Assembly (NCBI RefSeq): GCF_006345805.1
Contig: NC_043016.1
Coordinates: forward strand, 25,048,001-25,112,000
Source: Octopus sinensis
Taxonomy: Eukaryota
DNA length: 64,000 bases
Direction of reading: 5' to 3'
Of the stretch, positions 1-15,861 are shown one piece after another. The translations under genes were made by a program, and so were the position numbers. The notes under the pieces were generated by a model. It did no database searches. It saw nothing but the letters and a program-made list of their open reading frames with translations, and had not been told where the DNA came from. Position 1 is the first letter of the stretch, and each line of letters opens with the position of its first letter.

Positions 1-379
1 GCAGTCTTGGACAAATCTATTCCTGTCAAACTGTCCAATCCATGCCAGCATAGAGCATGGACATAAAAACGATGATGGAAAACTGAAGATTTGACTTTAA
101 ATGCTTGAAACAGAGTTAACTGATTTAAGGGAGATTTAGCTACTATTTCAAACCAGCTGATCTCAGTTGGTATATTGAAAGCTAGCAAATTACTCTTCTA
201 AAAAAGAAGTTGACAGTTTCAGTGAGGAATTTAGCATGTAATAGAGGTGCCCATCAGCATAATAGAGGTGCCATTCTCACTACCCTTCTGTTTATAATAG
301 TTCTTGAGGTTGATAGCAGATGAGTTTGAGACATTGAAAACTCTGATGATGTGGTGTTACTAATATCGAATAATATTAA

Positions 380-590
380 GGTGGCCAGCTGGCAGAATCG
401 TTAGCACGCCAGGCAAAATGCCTAGCAGTATTTCGTCTGTCTTTATATTCTGAGTTCAAATTCCGCCGAAGTCGACTTTGCCTTTCATCTTTTCAGGGTC
501 GATAAATTAAGTACCAGTGAAACACTGGGGTTGATTTAATCGACAGGCCCCCTCCCCAAAATTTCAGGCCTTGTGCCTAAAGAAAAGAAT
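380..590 (+). mobile_element. tRNA-type SINE, family 2 (head ggcggtgagctggcagaatcgttagcacg type)
   Basis: Same sequence recurs at about 21762-21960 (-), 36022-36230 (+), 48170-48290 (+) and 48839-48997 (+). It has a tRNA-like head and a B-box-like gagttcaaattcc. Confidence 0.75.
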
Positions 591-1315
591 ATTGAATAAT
601 ATTCAGCTTAAAGAAATGATGAACAAACTGAAAAACAATGCCTCAAGAATTAGAATAGCAATGACTTGTTTGAAGTACAATAATTGGCAAGGTAATGTAG
701 ATGTGTTTTGTACACCTTCAGACTTTGAATTATTTCATTTCATTGTGTTTTAAATATAGCAAATTAAAGTTTTAGACTTTTAATCTTTGAAAAGTTATTT
801 ATTACACAGATTTGTCAGAAGATATTTATATATGTATAAAAAAAAATGGAAAAAGAAATTTAAATAATTATTGAAATCTTGAAAAAAGATCTGGGTATTC
901 CTCATATCAGATAATTGCAGTTAGGGAATGTTGGCATATTCAGACACCTTAGTCATAATAATGAATGGAAATAACATGCATATGCATATATTACTGTCTG
1001 TAAATGGTTAGCAAATGAGAGGAGACAATATAGCATTGAAAGGACTCAGTCTAGCTATGGTGAGGACACGACAACCTCTCTAGTGCTGTTGCCACACTAA
1101 ATTGCACTCAATATCCTCTGTAAAGTGGTTGTCGATAGGGAATGCATAGAAACTATACCAAAAGTTTATGTTTGAATAAGACATGATCTCTCAACCAATC
1201 TAAGAAGACAATAACTCTGAATAACAGCTAACTCAGACCATTATGACCTGTGAAACCCACACCAGCATGGAAAGATGATGTAAAATGATTTTATATGTTG
1301 TCCTTCTTCAATTAA

Positions 1316-1532
1316 CCCTTTCATTACTGTATTTATTTTGAGATGCTCTGTGTTTTTTTCAATTATTTTAGATATAACAAAGAATTTAGTAAAATAACTT
1401 AGTTATCATTCAGCTAGTGTTAGAAACATAAATTGTGACTTTGGTTTGGTGGAAGATTTTAATTCAAAACTTATGAAAATAAGACGTACTACAGAGTCAG
1501 AGGCAATTTCAGCCAGGTTGGTAACAAAAGGG
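1316..1532. mobile_element. piggyBac-like MITE
   Basis: TTAA at 1312-1315 and 1533-1536. Termini ccctttcattac...gtaacaaaaggg. A close copy lies at 33099-33319. Confidence 0.75.
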
Positions 1533-2029
1533 TTAAAAGGACTTTTGTTGTCTAAGGAATATTTCCAGCAGCAATTTCAGATTCTGGAGTCAGTTATTTG
1601 TCAAATCCATATTAATATCACTTCTTTCATGAGTAGAAGTAGAAGCGAAAGTTGTTAAAAAAAAAAAGAAAAAAAAGTCATATGAAACTAAAAATAAAAA
1701 TTTTCTATTGTCAGTGTGTGATTTTTTTTTCATTTTGTAGATTAACCATTTTGATATCAACTTGCCTGAGCCCATTCTTGGTTCTACGAATCAAATTTCT
1801 TGTTTTCAAGTGATTTCACTTAAAACCTTCCATCAAAATTTCATGTTAATTTATGTTCCAAACATTAGTTTAATAAATTTTGGAACAAAGCCAAAAAATT
1901 TGGGAAGGGGATAAGTTGATTACTTTGATCCCAGAATTCAATTAATACTTAATTTATTGACTGAAAAGATGAAAAGCAGAGTCAACCTTGACAGAATTTG
2001 AACTCAGACTGTAAAGACAGATGAAATAC

Positions 2030-2270
2030 CAATCTATCCGCTCAGTCGAAGTCGACTCTCGGTTACTCGATGGATCAGTGTTCTCCAGCCAGTTCTATCC
2101 AGGGTCACTTCTTTCAGATTGGCTATGGCCATTCCCATGTCACTCTTGATGGTGTCAAGCCAGCGGGGTTCTTGGTCGGCCTCTTCCTCTCTTGCCACTG
2201 ACCATGCCGAGCGTGATGTCCTTCTCCAGGGATTTTCTCCACATAATATGACCATAATATGACTATTTTT
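2030..2270 (-). mobile_element. RTE-type LINE 3' fragment
   Basis: Translation RWLDTIKSDMG...DRTGWRTLIHRVTESRLRL matches the RTE ORF C-terminal pattern (GRP..RW.D.I....DR..WR). Confidence 0.75.
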
Positions 2271-3289
2271 GCATTTTTGCCCAGTATGCTAATGACTGCC
2301 AACTTGCTGCCACACATCAGGTGAATAATGAAAGTTATTTTACTAAATTTTTGTTTTTTAAAAAAAAAAATCAATTGAAATGAGGGAACTGTATATTTCA
2401 TATACACTGCCTTCATTTCAAGAAATATAGGAGAAAAGTGTTAAAAGACAATATTCATGAATATATTAAACAAAGTTCAATAAACACTGTTCAATATTCA
2501 TGAGGATAGTAAACAAAATTCTCTTTCTTTGAAAACAAAGTTGCAAGTCACTGCATATTGATTATCAATTAGGTCAAGAATGCCAAAAACGCAGTAGCAT
2601 TTAAACAATGTCAGAAGAAATATGTTGTGACCAGGTTAATACCTTAGAAGACAAAGTGAGTATTGAATTAAGGTTACTTTGATCTTAATTTTATACCACA
2701 ATTGTTAAAATCATTGTTTTAAATATCCATTTGGCTAATCAATGGTTGACTGCATTTCTGACAGTGAGTGTGACATTTACCTGTTTCAGCCCATCTGCTG
2801 TGGTCATGCTTGAGCACCACCATTGTTGTACTACACACTTCTACTAACACTAATTCTTTGGTTGGTTTTTAGGCAAATGAGAGAGTTCAATGTTGCCTCC
2901 TTCATTACCTTTATTGCCAAGAGTTAGGTTCATCTGGAATCTTAGATGACAAGATACCTAGTTGTCTCACGTTTACATCCTTCCTTGATATAGCATGGCC
3001 ATGTAATTAAGAGGTTCCCTTTGCAAGCATGTAGTTTTGGGTTTAATCTTATTGTGCAACTCCTTGGGTAAGTGTCTTCTACTATAGTCCTGGGCCAACC
3101 AATGCCTTGTGACGAAACTGCATGGAAGCCCAACATGTGTCTCCATGTCTCACTGCTTGACAACATATGTTGGTTGTTTACATCCTTGCAACTTGATAGT
3201 TTGGCAAAAAGAAATTGGTAAAGTAAGTGCCAAACTCAAGTTAATTCCTGGGATTGATTTGCTGGTAGCACATAAAAAGCACCCTTTGA

Positions 3290-3530
3290 ATGTTAGGCCT
3301 CACAGAGGTGATAAGTAACTGAGACCTTTGGCAATATGCCATGCTTGAGAAGACCCATTAAGCCAAGTGAACCCATTACACTCTTGGAGTGGTTGGCATT
3401 AGGAAGGGCATCCAACTGTAGAAACATTGCCAAATCAGACTAGAACCTGGTGTAGCCCCTACAGCTTTCCAGTTTCAGTCAAACCGTCTAACCCATGCCA
3501 GCATGGAAAACAGATGCTAAATGATCATGA
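3290..3530 (-). mobile_element. Abundant LINE/SINE tail repeat (tggatgcccttcctaatgccaacc family)
   Basis: Related copies at about 4130-4330, 27770-27990, 31560-31990, 38170-38880 and 44300-44490, often next to (GAT)n. Confidence 0.6.
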
Positions 3531-5277
3531 TCATCATCACTAACCATTAAGATAATTGTGCACGGCTCTGCTAGTAACCAATGAACCCATACACATCTGC
3601 AAATACTGCAGACTAAGCTTCCCCCCATTCACCACACCTGGCAGTGCATTTTGGAGCAGAGCTTAAATTTTGCATGAAAAAATTTTTTTTTAAATATCCA
3701 CACCTTCCTGTTTTTGTTTCTTACATTATGATGACAAGCATTGCTTTTCCAATTGACCCTCCCCACATATTTCACATGCCTTCAGCAAAGACTTCACACA
3801 GTCCTTATATCATTCATTCACACATACACACACACGTTTTGGTTCTTTTTACTAAGTGATTCTAAACAATGAGTGTGTGGTGGTGCTCTATGTAACTCAT
3901 GAATCTCCAATGAGAACTCTCTCTCTTACAACACATCATCTTGAAAAGAATGATGAACGTCATGGTTGATGGTGCACTGACTGAGAACAGGACAGGATAA
4001 TTATGGGAGAGAATTGCTCTGATTATAAGTATGCATGATCAGAGCTGATCTGGTACTAAACCAAAGCTAAATAATATACACACTAAATAATTAGAATATA
4101 TAAAAACCACTGTCACTGCCAACGCACTAAACCCATGCCAAGGCTGGTGTTATGTGAAAAGTACACAGTTCACACAGTAAAGCAGTTGGCATTAGGAAGG
4201 GCATCCAGCTGTAAAGATCATGCCAAAACACAGTGAATCCTGATGCATTCTCTAGCTTGCCAGCATCTGCCAAACTGTCAATCCCGTGCCAACACAGAAA
4301 ACAGACATTAAATAATGATGATGATGATGATGATGATTACATGTATTTTTTTTTATATAGGTCACATATTTTATGGATAAGAAAACTTCTCCAGTCCTGG
4401 CAACACAGCAAAATGCAACCAGGACACTATTATGTATAACTTAAACACACATTTCTCAATCACATAAACAAGATAGCCTCTATGCTACCTTGTGAGAGCT
4501 AAAACTGCTAGAAGCAGCAACTAAATTTCCCTCAAATTACACCCTGTCATCTTTAAAAGGAAACACTTTTTGACAGTGTCACTGTTGAACAATGTACCTT
4601 TAAAAAAAAAAACAATGATCACAGATGGAATGCATTTAATCTTGTCTGTTCAATCATAGGTATACAAATACATACATACATACATACATACATCTACATG
4701 AAACAAGGGAGAGAAGCTAAGCAGCAATTTGGTCATCACTACTGACCCACCATTGGAAAGGTTTTATGGTTCAGGGTTGAAACAGCCAATGGTTATTGGG
4801 TACCATATGATGATATCAATTCCTCCCAATCAAAGTTACATTCATCAAAGGTGAATGAAGAAGCATCTTCTTTCACAGATAATCATCACACACATCTGTA
4901 GAGCACAAGCAGCAATAAGAAATACACTATTAGGTTCATCAAGTGCAATATTGTGTGAACAAGAATTAAAAGGACAAGGCTATAATATATATATATGACT
5001 CTTCCCCTTTCTAGAAGGGAGGGGCCATATATAGCATTAATATAGTCAAGGAAACATAAACAACAATAATAAAGACAACATACAGGATAGGATAGGGGAG
5101 AGAGAGAGGGAAAGAGAGAGAGAGAAAGAGATTAAGTGTAACTATTGGTTTATACAAAACAGCAGTAACTAATTAAATTAAACAATTACAATAATTAACA
5201 CTGAGACTGATGTTTGTGTTAGATTTATAAATAGAAATAAGTCAAATTTAATTTTTGTATGAGAGAGATAGAGAGTG

Positions 5278-5312
<35 letters not shown>

Positions 5313-5659
5313 AGATATATGAAAGAAATGGATAACTGAGACATTCATGCCTTTCCAAAGGGCATTATTATTGTAAGAATATAAAAAAATGGTTGTGTTT
5401 TTGTTTCATTCCACACAGAGCCATTAAGAAAATATTGGTTACATGTTCAGCTTCCATACTTACATTGTCATATGGAATTTGTTGAAGCAGATTTTCTACT
5501 GCCAGATGCCCTTCCTTTCGCCAACCCTCACCTGTTTTCAAGCAAGGTAATATGGTCCCCATAGCTAGATGTTTCTCGCTGAAGACTGGAAAATAACATC
5601 ACTTGTATGACAGTAATGCTCATTTATAACTATCACATGGACAAGGCAGAGTAAAGAAA

Positions 5660-5970
5660 GAACCCCCTTCAGTCATGAATGACCATGGGATTGCACCTAG
5701 AAAGTTTCTCTCCAAGGTACATGTCTGGGCATGATTGTTCATGGAAGACCAGCAGTCGCCCATGCAAACCAGCCTCCACTCTCCACACCACAGATGTTAT
5801 CCAAGGGAAAGGCAAAGGCCGATACAGCTTGGTACAGGTGACATCACAACTCGTTTCTATAGCTGTGTGAGCAACGTGAAATAAAGTGTCTTGCTCAAGA
5901 ACACAACACACATCCCAATCCAGGAACTCACTACCTCATGATTGTGGGCCCAACACTAACCCCTAAGCAG
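5660..5970 (-). mobile_element. tRNA-type SINE, family 3 (ggtcatgaatgaccatgggattgcacctagaaag tail)
   Basis: Related copies at 10475-10625 and 39755-40000. tRNA-like head at the right end. Confidence 0.65.
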
Positions 5971-7149
5971 GGTCACGACAAGGTACACACAAACACACAC
6001 CTTTATAAATATATAAGATGGGCTTCTTTAATTTTCTGTTTACCAAATCCACTCACAAGGCTTTGGTCAGTTCAGGGCTATAGTAAGAGACATGTATGAA
6101 ATATGCTGGTTAGTGTGGCTGTGCTAAGAAGTTTTTCTTCCCAACCATGTTGTTCCTGATTCAGTCCCAGTTTGGCACCTTGGGCACAGTACAATCAGAA
6201 CAAATACTGCTAGGCATTCTGTTTTGATACTAACAATTCTGCCAATCCACTGCCCTTAGAATGAAATAATAATTTCTAATAGTTACAAGTTATTAGAAGG
6301 GGCAGTCATGTAAGGAGACAGCAATACAGAAGTATAGTGAGTTGAAAGGCAAAGCTGACTTTGGTAGGATTTGAACTTAGAGTATAAAGCCACAGAAGTA
6401 AATACTGCAAGATGCTTTGTTTCATTTTTATTTCTGCTAATCCACTGACCTACTCAGTACTATAGTAAGTTTCTTACATTGGACACTGGGTCACAAATTT
6501 GTAGGATGGACCAGTCATGTATAACAGGTTATATAGAGTTTATATAACTGTCTATGTCCTCCACTAAAACTAATATATTATAGACTCCCAGAAATTGACT
6601 GACACTATTTTTTAATAGACATTGGAGTAAGTCAATGTCACCCAGATTTGAACTCAATCTAAAGGGATGATTAAAATACTGTAAGGCATCCTCTTAATGA
6701 TTCTGCCAATCTATTACTTCAGCAATAACTAGCAATGACAATAACTTCTCATATTCTCTCCCACCCCACCCCACCCTCACACATTTTATGAAGTGATTAT
6801 TAACTTTAATATATCTCTGGATTTCATTTTATTTACCTCAAATACAAAAAAAAAAAAACAATTCTCAGTTTATCTCCAATATCTGTGCCTCGTTCATGCA
6901 TACTAACTTAACAGATCCAGTAGATCAAGCCCACTTTCTTTCCAACCTTCATACATCTTTCACATTTAATGCCTACATCTCCACTATACAGCATCACATT
7001 TCATAAACACACATCAAACAATCTACTCTTCACCCTACCCTATTGTAGTTGTGACTACTCTGTTTTCAGAACACACTCTACTACTGCTGATTATGTCACC
7101 TAAGTGACAGAAATTTCAACAACTTCTACAGAAGCAATTTATTTTACTA

Positions 7150-7480
7150 GTGTTTTGAGGGTTCATTACTCTTGTAACAACATGCTAAGCCTTTATTCAC
7201 TGACAACTTGCCTTTGATTCAAACATACCACTTAAGCATTATAGATCACATAAGGTTCGTTAAATTTCTACCTAATCCTTTTCTGCATATTGAGCAGTAC
7301 AGTCATTTCTTTGGCGGTATCAGAGTTCTATCTTTTCTACTAAATAAAACTTTAGTCCTAGTTTACTCCGAAGCCATTACATTCTAGATTTTGATATCAC
7401 ATCTGGAATGTTTGCGCTAATTTTTCCGCACTTTTTGCTATAAGAACTAGATAATCAGCGTTTAGGAATTCCCATGGCCC
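7150..7480 (-). mobile_element. Degenerate RTE-type LINE reverse transcriptase fragment
   Basis: With frameshifts it reads GVN*xKTKVLFSRK..TLIPPKK*..SICRKGLGRN. The same family occurs at 34430-35440. Confidence 0.55.
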
Positions 7481-8019
7481 AATTCTTTTAGCATCTAATT
7501 TCCCCCCTACACATGCTCACCACACACACGCATCACAAGCCAACAAAGAAGCCTCTGTATGGTCATTAAAACTGCTAGAAACAACTATGAAATCTTCCTC
7601 GAATTACACTCTACTAACTTAGGAAAGGAACAGAATTTTTAAATAATGCTATCCTAGGTACCCAAAATGAAGGTAGACTGGTCACAGCTGAAATTGTATT
7701 GATCATAGATTTGCCAAATCAAGGTTTACTTGGGGCTAAACAACATCAACTAATTTACCAATGTTAGCAATAGTCAGAAAAGTGTACAGTACAAAATTCC
7801 TTTACACAACTTACACCTTTGTACTGACTCATCAGTAATAGCCAGCATGTATGTTAATTTGTGTGCGTGTGTGTGTAGGGACATAGCTTAGTGTTGCACT
7901 CATGATTGTATGATTGTGATTTCAATTCCTTGACCAGGCAATGTGCTGCTCTTGAGCAAAACACTTCATGTAACTCCAGTTCATTCAGCTTCCTAGCCTT
8001 GGTTTAGGAAGGATCTTTG

Positions 8020-8031
8020 AGATATATATAC

Positions 8032-8078
<47 letters not shown>

Positions 8079-8081
8079 TAC

Positions 8082-8134
<53 letters not shown>

Positions 8135-8239
8135 CACACACACACACACATATATACACACACACACACACATATATACACACACACACATACATATACA
8201 CACACACACACATACATACACACACACACACACATACAT

Positions 8240-8308
<69 letters not shown>

Positions 8309-8581
8309 TATACACACACACATATACACACACATACATATACACACACACACACATATACACACACATATATACACACACATACACACATACATATATA
8401 CACACACACATACATATATACACACACACATACATATATACACACACATACATATATACACACACACACATACATATATACACACACACATACATATATA
8501 CACACACACACACATATATACACACACACACACACACATACATATACACACACACACACATACACACACACACATACATAT

Positions 8582-8614
<33 letters not shown>

Positions 8615-8785
8615 TATATACACACACATACACACATACATATATACACACACACATACACATACACACATACATATATACACACACATACACACATACA
8701 CACACATACACATACATATATACACACACATACACATATACACACACATACACATATACACACACATACACATATACACACACAT

Positions 8786-8822
<37 letters not shown>
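8020..8822. repeat. About 800-bp compound (CA)n/(TA)n/(TACA)n microsatellite
   Basis: Directly visible. It produces the spurious 275-286 aa ORFs in the track. Confidence 0.97.
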
Positions 8823-8823
<1 letters not shown>

Positions 8824-8958
8824 TTTATCATTAAAGCTGCAAAAACATCGCAAAAGATGCAGTTTTAATGATAAAGCATATTTCTCTACCTTCAGTACTT
8901 GAGTACTATTTTTGCCTACCTTGTTTCACATTTGTGCTTACTCAAGTGTATGTATGTG

Positions 8959-9000
<42 letters not shown>

Positions 9001-9371
9001 GATAGGCAGTGCCTATCTTGAATAAAATAGATCAATAACAACATTTTCCTTTCATGCAAAACATGCACCTAATTCAATAAAATTATGATGGTTACTCTGA
9101 TTACTATGCATAAAATGCAAAATATTTTTTTGTAGATAGACATAATTCGCCCCTGCCTTTCAATCTCAGTATTTAAGCTATGCATAATTCTGCTGTAGTA
9201 CACGTGCTGTGTACACTCCTACAACACCGTTTTCTTTATGGGCTATAAAGGTAGAAGTAAATCTGCCTTCAACTCAGTCACGTGCCTGTGTTTCACTTAT
9301 TTTTTTGTGTGTTTTACTACATAAAGGTTACCAACTGCTTACACTGAGTAATTACTGATGGTACATACCTG

Positions 9372-9411
<40 letters not shown>

Positions 9412-12400
9412 AGATAGAGAAAATATATGTGGTGTTAGAGAGAGAAACTATATATGGTGATGTAGATATGGAGTTCACATTGTTTATTATCATGCAGTCT
9501 TCAGTGCTATCTCACAGCATAGTACCATGACCAAGTGTCTTCTATTATCACCCGAGACCAACCAATGCCTCAAGAGTGAATTGGTAGATGGAAACTGTAT
9601 GAGAGCCCAGTGTGTGTGTGTGTGTGTGTGTACATGCATGCATAAATGTTTAAATCTTATGATCTGCATGTAATAACATTGAGCTACAAATAGCAATGTT
9701 TGTTGAATGTTTTTGTGATCAAATCATCCACTACCTCTGAATTTTCAAAGATGAATGAAAAAAATAAAAATAAAAAAATAACCCTTGTATGAAAAACAGG
9801 TAAGGGTTAGCAACAGTAAAAGCATTCAGATGTAAAATGAAGTCTCACTAATATGTGTATATATCTAGCCTATGCCGGCATAGAAAAACATGCAGAATGG
9901 ATAATCAATATAATTATTTAACCTACTTGAGACCATCCCTGAGTCTAGGATACAATTTTTCTGTTTTAAACCTTTAGCATTCAGATTATTTTGTTAGATG
10001 TAATGCTTATATATATTGCTTGGAATTACTCATACATTAATTTGTAGCTTATGATTTCAATGATGTGACTGTTCATTTTTAGAATGACATTGTAGGGTAG
10101 GTGTGAGAGGCAGGATCTGGCCAGTTTGAACCTAGAATAGGTAGAATATTTTGGCTGGATAGGGCCAGTTTAAAAGTAACCTAAATTAAAACTTACCATG
10201 AAAATTCCATGTTCATTTTTGTTCTCAACACCAGCTTAATAACGCCAAAGTTATCTTACTAACATCTTTATTTATTTCCAAAATTAATTGAAACAAAAGC
10301 AATGTATTTCAACAGAAATATCCTAGAGATATGACTTAGCCTTCAAATCTTTACATCATGTTCATCTTAGCTCTTTTGATATCAACTTGTCTTAGTCAAG
10401 CCTTGATTCTATGTTACAAACTTCATGTTTTAACCCTTTAGCATTCAGATTACTTTATCAAATATAAGGATAAAGACCCCCTTTGGTCATGAATGACCAT
10501 GAGATTGCACCTAGAAAGTTCCTCTTCCAAGGCACAAGAACAGGGAAGGTTGTTTGTGAAAGACCAGCAATCACCCATGCATACCAATCTCCCCTCTCCA
10601 CACCACTGATATTGTCCAAAGGAAAGGCAAATATATATAATACACATTACATTTTTTTCAACCACCAAAGTAACTTAGAACCTTTGAAAGGAACACTTTA
10701 TATTGCTCTAAAGAAGGACTAACTAAAAGTCTGAAAATATGTGTGGATGTTTAGGACAAACTTATGAAAATGCTTTGGTCAGGCAATGAGTTAAGCCAAA
10801 GGGAAAGGTTTTTCTTAATGGATCAACCAACTATAAAAACTAACCATCTAATATTTACATTACACTCTACCATACTAAGTATCGAAAATGTCATTTTGGA
10901 TATCCAAAATCTGGATAGTCATAAATTTAATGATACTTCATTTCATCAGAGATGAATGACAAATGACAACATCCCTATTATTTTAATTACTGTTTTCCCA
11001 AGCTGCCATGATTGGATTTGCCTATGTTTTATCTTTTACTTGTTTTAGTTATTGAACTGCAGCAATGCTTGAAAGGTTTCATCAAACAAATCGACTTTGG
11101 TATTTATATTTTTTAAAGCATCTTACTTATTCTACTGGTCTCTTTTGCCACCATACTTCCTTTGCTACCACTGCATAGCAATTCAATAACATCAACCAGT
11201 GATGATCACCTTTGCTTCTGTGTGTGTCCCCATTAAAATAATCCTTCAGTCTCTTGTCTGGATCTCCCAAACCTTTTTCTTTTCCAATTACACCCAGTTT
11301 TCAATCTCTTCATTAACAATATCAATCTAATTAACCAATGACTCTCATTTACTTACTTTGTGGCTAATTATTGAACGAATGAAATACCATTTTAATGTCA
11401 CCAATAATGAATCTTTTTGTTCTTATACCAAAGCTATTACCTTGCTGTTACCAAAGTTATCTTCCTTTGTAGGCAATGGTTTTTTGGGGTTTTTGTCAGA
11501 TGCAGAACAACTTTACAGACTTTAGTTACAGAAGCTCATAAATTTTGATAAGCTCTTATGTCATGAAGAGAAGAAAATGATGTTTTGAAACTTTATTTCA
11601 GAGGGCAGGAAAGAAAAAAAGAAAAAAAAAAGAGTATCTTAGACTCCTCCACAGTGAAAAAGTTTATCTAAATTTACAAATTCCCTAAATTTTCTCAGAC
11701 TATTTTTTAAAAAATTTAAATAAGAGCATACAAGACTTCATGAAATAATCAAGTAATGCTGTGTTTCAAGACATTAAAATTAAATAAAACCAATATCAAA
11801 ACTATGTGGAGGCACATGGCTTAGTGGTTATTGTGGTTTCAATTCCTAGACCAGACAATGTGTTGAGTTCTTGAGAAAAACATTTCATTTTACATTGGCT
11901 CCAGTCCACTCAACCGGTAAAAAGTGAGTAATCCTGCAACAGACCAGAATCCCATCCTTGGAGGAATGTATACAGCAAGGATTCCAGCCCCATGCTCCTT
12001 ACAGGGTAATGTAGACGAACCAATATAATAAAATCAATTCATCTATTTTCATTATTTTATTTTTTTTTTTTAGAAAACATGATAGCTTCCTGCTCAACCC
12101 CTATAAATGAAACACTGTGGCTTTGCACCTTTCTTTAATTTTTTTTTTTTTTTTAAGTTTCGAAAAATAAGTTGTGATGTTAAAAGGAAGTCAAGAACTT
12201 AGAGTTCTAAAATCCATCAAAATTCTGCTTAGAGGAATTGAATCCTTGGCCAATCCAGTAATATATCCCGCATTATTTCCAAGCCATCAACTAAACTATT
12301 CACTCATTAAAAGATGATGAAACGGCAGAATTGGTCAAGCATCAGATAGAATGTTTTGTGATATTTATTTTAATTCTCTAAATTAGTCAAACTGAATCAA

Positions 12401-13573
12401 AGTCAAACCAGGTACCTTACAGTAATTGTTCTAGTTCTTTGAAGTTCAAATTCTGCTAGAACCTACTTGAGCAATAGATTTAATCCATGGCCTGGTTTAA
12501 CACAACCACCTGGCACCTTCAAGCATTCAAACCAGGTTTCCAGTTTGAGAATACCTGACTTACTCCTTCCCTCTCTCCCAAGTCTTGAAGGCTCTGTAAT
12601 GAGTCATAAGTACTGCATTCTCTCCTGACTAGAAAATTATTAAAAAAAGCGTGTAAATGGCCGAGTATTCCAGATGTGTACCCTTAAAACACAATTCTCA
12701 AGTCCAGTCAGCAGAACACAAATATGCAATAAGGCTTAGATCTTTACGTTACAAGTACAGACCATCTGGCAGGGCTTCAAAGTTTCAACGTACACAATTT
12801 CGCTTACATGATGGAATTGGGTAGGTAAAAACATTTTCCCAAAATGCTACGCAGTGGGACCTCATAATCTGTAAACATTAAACCATTCCTACATCTAAAT
12901 GGAAGAACCTAAAGAAATTCTCCTCAACAAAAGCAGACGAGTTTTTAACAAATAAGCGTGGTTGAAAGAATCATCTAAAAATCTTAGGTCTTGGACATTA
13001 TTCTATCATGGTTTTTAGACGTTCTTCACGTCGCAATAAATCTTGGATGAAATTCTTCGGTGGAAAAAGAAAATAAAGATTGAAAGAACATAATGCAGTA
13101 GCACTTTTGTATTTAATTTGTCCTACTTCCGTAACCTACCTCTACATTCGAAACGAGAGGGTGGGGAAGTCTATATGACCACAAAGAAATAAAAAAAACC
13201 ACATATCAACACATAGAAAAAAACAATAGAATGATTACGCCTGAAGAATCTGATAAAAAAAAATTAGGGTTGACCTGGAACTATACATCAAAGTATTATA
13301 TTTCCAATATATCCCCTATAGTTCCAATATGCCCCCCCCCCACCTCCCGAAAAAAAATGAAGAATCTTATGTGAGAGAACCCGATTTCGGTCTTTATTCA
13401 TCAACTTCCAGTTATTACGACACGAGATCCACAAGAACCATTCTTCTCACCTGCTCTATTTCCAGATATTTTATCGAGAAAAAGATTCTGAACCTTCACT
13501 AAAGATAATACACTTGAGACACAAAACTGAAACCCTTCGTCCACAAGCTTCTCATTTACTAACCCTTGAGAAT

Positions 13574-13608
<35 letters not shown>

Positions 13609-14446
13609 TGAAATTATGTCTGCAGGATACACACACTCATTTATACACCTGTATATATATGCTTTATATAAATCTCCCAATATGAGAAAATGTAATTATT
13701 CAATCACAGTACAAATATATACTGTACGTCTGGGAGATATTGAATACTTTATTCAAAAGTGGTACTCTTAACTTGATTAAGATCACCATCTTAAAAGATA
13801 CTATTTCTTGAGGGAAACCCAACATGAAAACTTAACCCTTGAACAATACAGAGACCAAATATATACAGAACATACAGTTCAGAAGACGGTGCCCCATCAA
13901 AGCTCTGAGTGATTTTATATATATCACACACAAATAAATATACTATACAGATATAAGAGTATACTATATTACTTTTGATGTGTATATAATAAAGCCATCC
14001 ACCCCCTTCTTGAAATAATCAATAGTGAGTGTATATATAGTTGTCAAGCAAGAAGATTCTCTATAGCAGCAGTAGCAGAAAATATCAATAATACCGCAAT
14101 TGGTTGAGCTTTACTCTATTTTGTGTAGAACGTCTATTTCGTTGTTAGTGTGTGCATATCATATCTGTAAGATATAGGTATATGCCAAACATACATATAA
14201 AATTATTTGCGTGTAAATTTAAGTATATGTTCATGTATACATTATGCTCTCTCTCTCTCTATTATATATATATATACATATATATAATGGTAGCGACTTT
14301 TTTTTATAGAAATTTCACTACCAGTGGCCTAGCATGTATAAAAAGTCAATAGACAACGTATTCTCAATATAAAATAGTGTACAAGAGAAAACTGCCTTCA
14401 ATAAGCAGTTTTCTCTTGTGTTTAAATGTACACTATTTTGTGTGTG

Positions 14447-14480
<34 letters not shown>

Positions 14481-15861
14481 TGCGCTATATATATTTTCCG
14501 TTAATATCAATAATGTACGGCTACTTTATAAACGTGTGTAAACATATACACATTATATATTGTATTGTTAATTTGCCTTCATTAAACTCTAAAGCTGTAT
14601 GAAGATGATTTAGAGCGAATAATTACAGGGAAAACAATTCCGAAGAACAAATGTGCTGCTCCACACGCGAGTTCGAACATCAATATAGAGACAGTCACAC
14701 ACTTGTAGCAAAGAGATACAACGAATGTATATTAAGAAACTTCTGCTTGCATAAATCTTTTGCCATCCTCCCTATTCACCCTCCGCCGCAGGGTTCTCTT
14801 TCCCCAACTACTAACCTCCAACGGTTTTAAACTAAACAGAAATAAACTTAGCAACCAACACATATTCTGTAATCTTTCACTTCCCTAAGTCTTAAGGTTA
14901 ATGAATGAAAGACCTTTACACTTCTTAATCGGTGTAAAAAGAGTCATAAGGCACTGATCCATTTTCCGCTTCCTCATTCTATTGCTTGTCTCCAGAGCAA
15001 TTAATTTTAAAAACAAGAAAGAAAATTAAAACATTTATCGCAAACACTTTAATTCAAAAGGCGGGAAATAAATATGATAAAATAGATTATGAATAAATCC
15101 GAAACTAGAAATTAAAAGAAAGATTCTAATAACCGAATGCTGAGAGAAAGGTGATGTGCTTTTTGCAGTGTTGCATGCAAAAATGCCATGCAAAATAGAG
15201 TGCAGCTACAAGTGGGAATATTTTCCAAGAGCTTCAAGGAAACAGGCTCCCGGCGAGCGAAGTCCGCGGTGACCCGGTTCTTTTTCTTTTCCTTTTTTTT
15301 TGTGAGATACAATGAAATAAAAACAACCTGTTTTTCATTCCCACTTTGTTGCTGAGTCAAAATAAACCAATATATCAAAATAATTTGAATGGGAAAAGAA
15401 TTCTGCTTTTGACAGAAATGTCGAGATTAATGAATAACAAGAGACAGATATAAATACATGTTATATGACTGACAGATACATGAAGTTTAACATGTGTATG
15501 AATCCTACGCACGTAGAAATTTATTTACAACTGAACCATAAACACACTACCTCAATATTCTGGTTAATTAAAACATACATGTATACACACGTGTGAGTGA
15601 ATATTGTGAGCAAAACACGGTGTTTTGGCAGATTAGACATGGATGTAGACAGATATCAAAATAAAGTATGCATGAAGACAGACAAGCTTATAACACGAAT
15701 AGATAACGCACATGAAATAGATGTATTAGACAAGTAAGAAAAAAACGGTTGATATAGATATGTTTAAAGACTAAATAGATAGATGGACATATAAATGTTA
15801 GAGACAGACATACAAACATTATAAGAGATTATACATGAAATAATATTCAATGTTAACTCAC

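Noticed and set aside
7985-8868. Four long ORFs (275-286 aa) rich in CV/HT/YI
   Set aside because: They are translations of a compound CA/TA microsatellite. The same applies to most other ORFs in the track.
12990-13070. Possible next exon of the minus-strand gene (NFIQDLLRREERLKTMIE)
   Set aside because: The acceptor is weak and the frame is incompatible with the phase-1 donor at 15862.
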